Positions 57,134 through 64,000 of a stretch of DNA of 64,000 nucleotides are shown here, piece by piece. Both the position numbers and the translations under genes were made by a program. Source of the stretch: Gammaproteobacteria bacterium. Lineage in GTDB: Bacteria > Pseudomonadota > Gammaproteobacteria > Eutrophobiales > Eutrophobiaceae. Location: assembly GCA_011772965.1 (NCBI GenBank), contig WVYN01000080.1:193562-257561 (forward strand), in the 5' to 3' direction. Within the stretch, counting starts at the first letter, position 1; every line of letters starts with the position of its first letter. Below the pieces are notes generated by a model. The model did not search any database. It was not told the origin of the DNA and was given only the letters and a program-made list of their open reading frames with translations.

Positions 57134-58412
57134 AATAAAAACCATCCATATTGGCATCACCCGGCAGGGTTTGTCTGCCATACTCGGTTTGATGGCCCCA
57201 GTCCCCATCGATAGGGATTAATTTGGCGTCACTGTGTCCATCAAGAAAATCAGCTGCCTGCCTATCATTTTCCTCAGACAAGATCGAACAAGTGACATAG
57301 AGCAGCTTACCCCCAGAGCGCAGTAACGGCCAGAGCGATGAGAGTATTTGCCGTTGGGTTTGCACCGCTGTCTGAATATCATTGGCCTGACGCAGGTATT
57401 TGATATCCGGGTGCCGGCGAATCACGCCGGTTGCACTGCAGGGAGCATCGATCAGGATTCTGTCGAATGGAATTTGATCCCACCAGCTCTCTGTATCACA
57501 GGCGTCTGCCCGGTGGATGCTTGCCCTCAGATTCAGACGGCTGATGGTTTCCTGCAATCTTTCACAGCGACTTGCCTCTGGCTCGATGGCAACAACTTCT
57601 CCCAAGCCGGGTTCGGTTTCCAGAATGTGGGCCAGTTTGCCGCCGGGCGCTGCACAGGCATCCAGGATGCGCTGGCCAGGCCGGAGATCCATCAATACCG
57701 GTACAAGTTGTGCTGCCAGATCCTGGACCGAGACAAGGCCATCATAAAAGCCGGGGAGTTCATCAACGTCTACTGCCTGAATCAGTCGGATTGCTTGAGG
57801 CAGGGACGGCGATACCAGTTCTGCAGCAATCTTTGCCTCTTTTAGCATGCTTGAATACTGCTCCGCGGAAATCAGGCACGGGTTGATTCTTAGAGTCATG
57901 GGTGGCCTGCTGTTACAGGCTTTTGCAATCTCCAGCCATTTTTCAGGGTAATTATTCTGGAGCCTGCAGAGTAACCATCCCGGCATCGAAAAACGCGCAG
58001 AGGGCTCTTTGAACGCTTTTTCTTGTAAGTACTTACTATCTTTTTGATATTTTCTTAGCAAGGCATTAACCAGGCCTTTCGCCCAGGGCTTGCGAAGCTC
58101 CCGACTGCTATCAACCGTTGCAGAGACGATGGCATGCGGCGGTATCCGCGTATATTCAAACTGGTACAAGCCGGCCAGCAGCAGGGCCTTAATATCCATG
58201 TCCCGGGACTTGAGCGGTTTGTTTAGAAGTATTGACAGAATGTAATCCAGCCTGTGATACCAACGCATGACGCCGTAGCTCAATTCCTGGGCCAGGGCCC
58301 GGTCGCGTTTATCTTCAAGTGCGGGAAGAAATCTTGGCAATATCCTGCTCAGGTTCTGTTGCCTTGAAAATATCCTTGCCAGGATCCTGGCGGCACAAGT
58401 ACGGGCTTGCAT
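57111..58412 (-). CDS. rsmB: 16S rRNA (cytosine967-C5)-methyltransferase
   Basis: NusB-like N-terminal domain; ILDACAAPGGK SAM motif; DAPCSATGVIRRHPD and catalytic TCS (YVTCSI). Confidence 0.93.
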   Translation of the reverse strand: MQARTCAARILARIFSRQQNLSRILPRFLPALEDKRDRALAQELSYGVMRWYHRLDYILSILLNKPLKSRDMDIKALLLAGLYQFEYTRIPPHAIVSATVDSSRELRKPWAKGLVNALLRKYQKDSKYLQEKAFKEPSARFSMPGWLLCRLQNNYPEKWLEIAKACNSRPPMTLRINPCLISAEQYSSMLKEAKIAAELVSPSLPQAIRLIQAVDVDELPGFYDGLVSVQDLAAQLVPVLMDLRPGQRILDACAAPGGKLAHILETEPGLGEVVAIEPEASRCERLQETISRLNLRASIHRADACDTESWWDQIPFDRILIDAPCSATGVIRRHPDIKYLRQANDIQTAVQTQRQILSSLWPLLRSGGKLLYVTCSILSEENDRQAADFLDGHSDAKLIPIDGDWGHQTEYGRQTLPGDANMDGFYYACFQKS

Positions 58413-58441
58413 GCGTCAAAAATCCCGGGTGTTCAGGGCCA

Positions 58442-59380
58442 TCAGGCAAGGTGATTATTCCAGTTAAAAAACCCGGGCTGGCCGTTCAGGAACTCGGCCA
58501 CGGTCATGGGCCGTTTCCCGGCAGGCTGAATCCTGCGCAGGCGCAAGACGCCATCCGCCGTACTGACATCGATACCGGATTTATCACTGGCGATTATGAC
58601 CCCCGGTGCCTGGGAGCTCTTTTCTGCGACAGGCTCTGCTTCCCAGATGCGAAAGGTCTGCCCATTCAATTCGCAATAGGCAACTGGGTGAGGATTAAAT
58701 GCCCGAATCTGTCGGTCCAGTTCTCGGGCGGAACGATTCCAGTCGAGCCTCGCCTCCGCTTTGCTGATCTTGGCCGCGTAGGTAGCTTTCTGATCATCTT
58801 GGGCGACCGCTTGGATGGTGCCAAGCTCCAACTTGTCCAGCGTATTCTGCAGGCAATCTGCCCCTAGCCTGGCCAGCCGGTCATGCAGCGTGCCGCTGTT
58901 ATCCTGGGCAGTTATCGGGCAACTGGCCTGGGCCAGGATTGGGCCGGTATCCAGCCCTGCATCCATCTGCATGATAGTGACACCGGTCTCCGTATCTCCC
59001 GCTTCTATAGCCCGCTGAATCGGGGCCGCGCCACGCCAACGGGGGAGTAAGGATGTATGGATATTGATGCTGCCCAACCTGGGTCGGGAGATGATGTCTG
59101 CCGGTAATATCATCCCGAAGGCGACAACAACCAGCAGATCCAGGTTCTCTAATTGCTGTTCCGGATCCATGGATTCGGCTCTATCTGGCTGATTTAAAGA
59201 GAGATTCCATTCCAGGGCCAGTTCCTTGATCGCACTGGCCCGGGGTTTCCTGCCTCTCCCTGCCGGACGATCAGGCTGGGTATACACCTGCTTGACGGGA
59301 TGCCGGCCGGTTTCAAGCAGGCACTTGAGTACCGTTGCAGCCAGCACCGGTGTGCCCGCAAAGGCCAGTTGTAAGCCCAC
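58442..59380 (-). CDS. fmt: Methionyl-tRNA formyltransferase
   Basis: Start taken at GTG 59380 (VGLQLAFAGTPVLAA), 1 nt after the def stop; ORF maximum is 59410. HTSLLPRWRGAAPIQRAI motif. Confidence 0.92.
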   Translation of the reverse strand: MGLQLAFAGTPVLAATVLKCLLETGRHPVKQVYTQPDRPAGRGRKPRASAIKELALEWNLSLNQPDRAESMDPEQQLENLDLLVVVAFGMILPADIISRPRLGSINIHTSLLPRWRGAAPIQRAIEAGDTETGVTIMQMDAGLDTGPILAQASCPITAQDNSGTLHDRLARLGADCLQNTLDKLELGTIQAVAQDDQKATYAAKISKAEARLDWNRSARELDRQIRAFNPHPVAYCELNGQTFRIWEAEPVAEKSSQAPGVIIASDKSGIDVSTADGVLRLRRIQPAGKRPMTVAEFLNGQPGFFNWNNHLA

Positions 59381-59381
59381 T

Positions 59382-59903
59382 TTAGAGGACCTGCACCTGC
59401 TGGCGTTCAAGCCGTTCCTGTTTTTCCAGTTTTTTTCGCAGTCGCTGTTGTTTCAGGGGTGAGAGGTAATCAATGAAGAGTTTGCCATCCAGATGGTCAA
59501 TTTCATGTTGTATACATACTGCCAGCAATCCCTCCGCATTTGCCTCTACCGCCTGGCCTTCGAGGTCCAGATAGCGGAAACGTATCTTTTCGGCCCGCTC
59601 CACCAGGTCGTAATAGCCGGGCACGGAGAGGCAACCCTCTTGCATTTGCTCTGTCCCTTCAAGTTCGATTATTTCTGGATTTATCAAGCACATAGGATCA
59701 TCCCGGTGTTCTGAAAGATCAATGACAATGACCCGCTTCTGGACATCGACCTGGGTAGCTGCGAGACCAATGCCACCCTCGGCGTACATGGTGTCCAGCA
59801 TGTCCTTGGCGAGGGTATTGATAGTGTCATCGACTGTGCCGACAGGTTTGGCCTTCAGGCGCAGTCGTGGATTGGGAAAATGCAGAACGTTAAGTAAAGC
59901 CAT
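59382..59903 (-). CDS. def: Peptide deformylase
   Basis: [16 protein letters not shown] and QHEIDHLDG metal-binding motifs. Confidence 0.96.
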   Translation of the reverse strand: MALLNVLHFPNPRLRLKAKPVGTVDDTINTLAKDMLDTMYAEGGIGLAATQVDVQKRVIVIDLSEHRDDPMCLINPEIIELEGTEQMQEGCLSVPGYYDLVERAEKIRFRYLDLEGQAVEANAEGLLAVCIQHEIDHLDGKLFIDYLSPLKQQRLRKKLEKQERLERQQVQVL

Positions 59904-60048
59904 CTGAAAATCTCAAAATGCAATAAGCTACTGAAGTATACAGAAAAAACCCAGTTCACACATATCGTACAAAAAGTGTGTACTCAGACGGATATTTTGC
60001 TAGACTTTTTGCTAATCTACATTAAGGATTGTGCGTAAGGTTATAGCT

Positions 60049-61224
60049 ATGCTGAATAAATTCTTACTTATAATAACATTATTGGTGGTTGCTGTTGTCT
60101 CTCAGGCGGATGAAGTCCAGATCAGACCTGACCATCCCGATCGCTATGTGGTCGTCAAGGGAGATACACTTTGGGACATTTCTGATCGTTTTCTGGCCAA
60201 CCCCTGGCTATGGCCCAAGGTCTGGAATGTGAACCCCCATATTGAAAATCCCCATCTCATCTATCCTGGTGATGTTGTCGCACTGAAATATATTGACGGC
60301 GTACCTTATCTTGAAATCAATGGTGAAATCATACCACCGCCACGAGAAGCTGCTATCCGGCGTGGTGGCGACCGAGATAGCCGCTATATAAAACTTGAAC
60401 CCAAAATCCGGGTAATCGATAAACAACGCGCTGTTCCTTCCATTCCGATCGATATTATCAAACAATTCCTGGCCCGTCCGCTGGTTGTTGACGCAGACGA
60501 GATGGATGGATGGCCCTACGTGGTCTCGAGTTATGATCAGCATCTGATCGCCGGTACCGGGGATAAAATTTATGTACGTGGGGTAGCAGAAGACACAGAT
60601 GTGACCCGTTATGCGATCTATCGCAAGGGGCAAGCTTATGTAAATCCGGTGAAGGATGAAAAGGAAATTCTTGGATACGAGGCGCTCTACATTGGAGATG
60701 CCTATCTCACTACAAGTGGTGACCCGGCCTCTCTGGTCGTTTCTGAGTCAAACCGTGAGGTACTTGTGGGTGACCGCCTTATAGAACAATCCGATAGCGA
60801 ATACATTGGTGATTTCATCCCTGTGACACCGGACCTAGAAGTCAGCGGCAATCTGATTTCGGTAATAGATGGTGTGGCAGAGATTGGCCAATATCAGGTC
60901 GTGGTAGTTGATCTCGGGTTCGATGATGGTATGCAGCCGGGCACGGTCCTGGGTGTTTACCAGAGCGGTATATATGTTGAAGACTTCGTTGCTGCTGGCA
61001 TAGAAAGGGATACAACCAAGAAGCAAAAATACCAGGAAACACTCGAAGATACGGATCTAATAGGTTATCTTGGCAGACCAAAATCCAAGGGTGAAAAAGT
61101 AGAGTTACCACAGGAATATGCTGGAGTGATAATGGTATTCCGGACCTTTGAGAAAGTGAGTTACGCTCTGGTGATGGAAGCTGTTGCACCCATGCATAAG
61201 TTTGATATCGTAACTAACCTCTAA
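60049..61224 (+). CDS. LysM peptidoglycan-binding domain protein (secreted)
   Basis: Start at MLNKFLLIITLLVVAVVSQA (AAGG 8 nt upstream; GTG at 60031 is the ORF maximum). LysM YVVVKGDTLWDISDRFL...IYPGDVVAL. Conserved position before dprA. Confidence 0.82.
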   Translation: MLNKFLLIITLLVVAVVSQADEVQIRPDHPDRYVVVKGDTLWDISDRFLANPWLWPKVWNVNPHIENPHLIYPGDVVALKYIDGVPYLEINGEIIPPPREAAIRRGGDRDSRYIKLEPKIRVIDKQRAVPSIPIDIIKQFLARPLVVDADEMDGWPYVVSSYDQHLIAGTGDKIYVRGVAEDTDVTRYAIYRKGQAYVNPVKDEKEILGYEALYIGDAYLTTSGDPASLVVSESNREVLVGDRLIEQSDSEYIGDFIPVTPDLEVSGNLISVIDGVAEIGQYQVVVVDLGFDDGMQPGTVLGVYQSGIYVEDFVAAGIERDTTKKQKYQETLEDTDLIGYLGRPKSKGEKVELPQEYAGVIMVFRTFEKVSYALVMEAVAPMHKFDIVTNL

Positions 61225-61249
61225 TATTCAATCCTGGTTAGAAATACAG

Positions 61250-61276
61250 ACAGCGTCTCCGGACGCTGTTTTTTTA
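61250..61276 (+). terminator. Rho-independent terminator after the LysM gene
   Basis: ACAGCGTC (61250-61257) pairs with GACGCTGT (61262-61269), loop TCCG, followed by a T7 run. Confidence 0.8.
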
Positions 61277-61330
61277 TCTTCAACCCTTGCCATTTTTATT
61301 CAAATGCATGCAAAATAACCCTGTATACAC

Positions 61331-62461
61331 ATGGAGATCGTCATGGAAGACATCATGGAGAGTTGGCTCGTACTTTCAAGGGCGCCCGGTCTAGGCGCGG
61401 TTCACATCAGGCAGTTACTTGAACTTTTTACCACACCGCAGAATATCCTTTCCATTCCTGCCACGGAGTTAAGAGCAATCGGTGTACCTGAAAAGGCCAT
61501 TCGATATTTGTCCGATCCTGATATCAAGGCTGTTGAAAAAGACATCAAATGGTTGAAACAACCACATCATTATTTGATCACAGTCAATGATGATAATTAC
61601 CCGCGGTTACTCAGGGAACTGCCTGACAGACCGCCTGTATTATTTGTAAGGGGCAAACTCGCACAGCTACAGCGTCCCCAACTCAGTATCGTGGGTAGCC
61701 GCAATCCATCTCACTCGGGTCGGCAAACGGCTCATGAATTCGCTTCCGCGTTAATCCGCGCCGGATTTGTCATTAATAGTGGTCTGGCTACGGGTATCGA
61801 TTATTGTGCACACCGTGGCGCGCTTGAAGAAGGTGGCATAACTGTTGCTGTGATGGGATGTGGGGCGGACAAGATATATCCAATGCGCCATAAACAACTG
61901 GCGAATGATATCCAAGCCAGGGGGGGAGCTTTGGTTACCGAGTTTGCGACAGGTATACCGCCGGTACCGGAAAACTTTCCCCGTCGTAACAGGATTATCA
62001 GCGGCATGAGTCTGGGTGTAATTGTAATTGAAGCTGCACAAAAGAGTGGCTCACTGATTACAGCGAGACACGCACTGGATCAGGGTCGCGATGTCTTTGC
62101 AGTTCCGGGCTCAATTTATAACCCGATGGCCCGTGGCTGTCATGATTTAATCAAACAGGGTGCGTGTTTGACGGAATCCATTGAGGATATTCTGGAGGAA
62201 CTTTCCGGGGTGATAGGCCCGGGATTCATTAAAAAACAGCTGCCCACGGGTCCCCATGTTTTACAAGCAGAGCTTGACCGGGATAGTAAAATATTGCTGG
62301 AATGTATAGGACATGACCCGATATCCATGGATAAACTGATTAATTTGAGTGGATTGACGGCAGATGCCGTTTCATCCATGCTCACAATGCTTGAGATCAA
62401 GGGATTGGTGAGTGCGGAACCGGGTGGACTCTATATGAGAAAAAATCAGAGACTGTATTAA
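61331..62461 (+). CDS. dprA: DNA-processing protein DprA
   Basis: Rossmann-like DprA core (IVGSRNPS, GLATGIDYCAHRGAL, PENFPRRNRIISG, GSLITA) and C-terminal winged helix. Confidence 0.92.
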   Translation: MEIVMEDIMESWLVLSRAPGLGAVHIRQLLELFTTPQNILSIPATELRAIGVPEKAIRYLSDPDIKAVEKDIKWLKQPHHYLITVNDDNYPRLLRELPDRPPVLFVRGKLAQLQRPQLSIVGSRNPSHSGRQTAHEFASALIRAGFVINSGLATGIDYCAHRGALEEGGITVAVMGCGADKIYPMRHKQLANDIQARGGALVTEFATGIPPVPENFPRRNRIISGMSLGVIVIEAAQKSGSLITARHALDQGRDVFAVPGSIYNPMARGCHDLIKQGACLTESIEDILEELSGVIGPGFIKKQLPTGPHVLQAELDRDSKILLECIGHDPISMDKLINLSGLTADAVSSMLTMLEIKGLVSAEPGGLYMRKNQRLY

Positions 62462-62938
62462 ATGAAAGAAACTGTATTGGATGTCTTGATGTATATTTTC
62501 GACAACTACATTGAGGATGACCTCGAATTTACCCCGGATCAGGAATCACTCAAAAGCCAGTTAATTGAAGCAGGTTTCAGGGATCTGCAGATTGACAAGG
62601 CATTTTTATGGCTTGAAGGCCTCGCGACCCAAAGAGACTTTGCCGATACTGCCACCTCGGATCTTTCATCAATAAGAGTATTTAATGATCAGGAGCTGGA
62701 TAGATTGAATGCTGAGTGCAGGGGATTCCTGTTGTTCCTTGAACAAGCCAGGGTTTTGAATGCCAAGGAAAGAGAGCTCGTTATTGATCGAATTATGGCT
62801 CTTGAAAGTTGTGAGATTGATTTACAGAGATTGAAATGGGTCGTCCTGATGGTTTTATTCAACCAACCCGACAAAGAGGCCGCCATCACCTGGATGGAAG
62901 ATATTGTGATGGACGATATCAATACCAATCTACACTAG
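62462..62938 (+). CDS. smg: DUF494 family protein Smg
   Basis: MKETVLDVLMYIFDNY N-terminus. Conserved dprA-smg-topA order. Confidence 0.88.
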   Translation: MKETVLDVLMYIFDNYIEDDLEFTPDQESLKSQLIEAGFRDLQIDKAFLWLEGLATQRDFADTATSDLSSIRVFNDQELDRLNAECRGFLLFLEQARVLNAKERELVIDRIMALESCEIDLQRLKWVVLMVLFNQPDKEAAITWMEDIVMDDINTNLH

Positions 62939-62983
62939 CCATCACGCTAAGCTTTTTTCGTACAGCATTTTTAATTTTAAATT

Positions 62984-64000
62984 ATGAGCAAATCACTGGT
63001 CATTGTGGAATCGCCTGCAAAGGCAAAAACCCTGAATCGTTATCTCGGTAAAGATTACGATGTGCTGGCATCGTATGGCCATGTACGTGATCTATTGCCG
63101 AAAGCCGGTGCTGTCGATACTGAACATAATTTCGAAATGAAGTATGAACAGATTGAAAAAAACTCCAAATCTGTTGATGCAATCGCAAAGGCATTGAAGA
63201 AAGCAGATACGCTATATCTTGCTACAGACCCTGATCGTGAAGGTGAGGCGATCTCGTGGCATCTGTATGAATTGCTCAAAGAGAAGGGTGCATTGAAGGA
63301 TAAAGATGTCCATCGTGTTGTTTTTCACGAAGTTACGAAATCAGCCATACAGCAATCCATTGCGCATCCTAGGGAATTATCAAAAGAACTTATCAATGCT
63401 CAGCAGGCAAGGCGTGCACTAGATTATCTTGTCGGTTTCAATCTGTCCCCCCTGTTATGGAAAAAGATTCGAAGAGGATTGTCTGCTGGCAGGGTACAAA
63501 GCCCGGCACTACGGATGATTGTGGAGCGCGAAGAGGAAATAGAAAAATTCAAATCCAGGGAATACTGGACTATCGATGCCGACCTTAGATTTGATAAATC
63601 GGAATTCTCATCTAAGTTGATGCACCTGGACGGAGAAAAACTCAAGCAATTCACGATCACTGATACCAAAACTGCCAATGCAGCCAAAGACAAGCTGACC
63701 AAACTGGCCAATGGCAAATTAATAGTCAGCACGATCGAGAAGAAACAACGCAGAAGACAACCGGCGGCACCATTCATTACTTCAACCATGCAGCAGGAGG
63801 CCATACGTAAACTAGGCTTCACTGCACAGCGCACCATGCGTGTTGCCCAGCAGCTTTACGAGGGTATCGATATCGGCGATGGTGCGGTCGGTTTGATTAC
63901 CTATATGCGTACAGATTCTGTTACGCTCGCAAACGAGGCTATAGATGAGATCAGGGAATTTATTGCCGAGCGGTATGGAACAGATAATCAGCCTGCAAAA
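62984..64000 (+). CDS. topA: DNA topoisomerase I (3' end outside window)
   Basis: MSKSLVIVESPAKAKTLNRYLGKDYDVLASYGHVRDL TOPRIM N-terminus. Frame is open to the window end. Confidence 0.95.
   Translation, partial: MSKSLVIVESPAKAKTLNRYLGKDYDVLASYGHVRDLLPKAGAVDTEHNFEMKYEQIEKNSKSVDAIAKALKKADTLYLATDPDREGEAISWHLYELLKEKGALKDKDVHRVVFHEVTKSAIQQSIAHPRELSKELINAQQARRALDYLVGFNLSPLLWKKIRRGLSAGRVQSPALRMIVEREEEIEKFKSREYWTIDADLRFDKSEFSSKLMHLDGEKLKQFTITDTKTANAAKDKLTKLANGKLIVSTIEKKQRRRQPAAPFITSTMQQEAIRKLGFTAQRTMRVAQQLYEGIDIGDGAVGLITYMRTDSVTLANEAIDEIREFIAERYGTDNQPAK

Overview
Read by eye with the ORF track only; no searches or computations were run. The window looks like a housekeeping-dense, mostly syntenic chromosomal segment of a Gammaproteobacteria-like genome. 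Lineage is not resolved. GC looks mid-40s to about 50 percent with local swings.

Conserved blocks, in order:
- proS
- ilvI-ilvH-ilvC, psd-like, pssA, leuA
- UDG, rimI, cysM, a DEDD exonuclease, rlmD
- a peptide-type ABC binding protein plus a YkuD transpeptidase
- an inverted mlaF-E-D-B operon
- two ABC permeases, nagZ, TraB/GumN, an MscS-type channel
- dapF, DUF484, xerC, hslVU
- DUF971, ubiE, ubiJ, ubiB
- DJ-1, ctpA, envC, gpmI (minus strand)
- rhodanese, secB, gpsA, trmL, pyrD
- a 10-gene minus-strand array: def-fmt-rsmB-DUF4390-ntrY-ntrX-trkA-trkH-methyltransferase-TPR
- lysM-dprA-smg-topA

I found no rRNA, tRNA, CRISPR array, IS element, prophage or integrase other than the housekeeping xerC. 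I recognise no multi-gene defence-like or mobile system.

The observations most worth a second look are:
1. An intact phosphatidylserine-decarboxylase homologue between ilvC and pssA in which all three catalytic-triad positions appear substituted (candidate pseudoenzyme).
2. An AT-rich islet of about 2.6 kb (mscL plus an orphan PaaK/CapK-like adenylate-forming enzyme) beside a decayed, truncated cupin gene.
3. An accessory patch at 36.9-40.6 kb between ubiB and the DJ-1 gene. It holds an NlpC/P60-like lipoprotein, a YhfK-like SDR with two homopolymer frameshifts, a lone class-V aminotransferase and an AT-rich frame-disrupted orphan ORF.
4. A His/Gly/Tyr-rich membrane protein.
5. A possible Leu-rich leader peptide with a weak terminator upstream of leuA.
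6. An NtrX-like regulator with degenerate AAA+ motifs.
7. A class-1 (Cys-type) PyrD whose start codon abuts the divergent trmL start.

All family assignments rest on motif recognition from memory and should be confirmed by HMM or BLAST searches.
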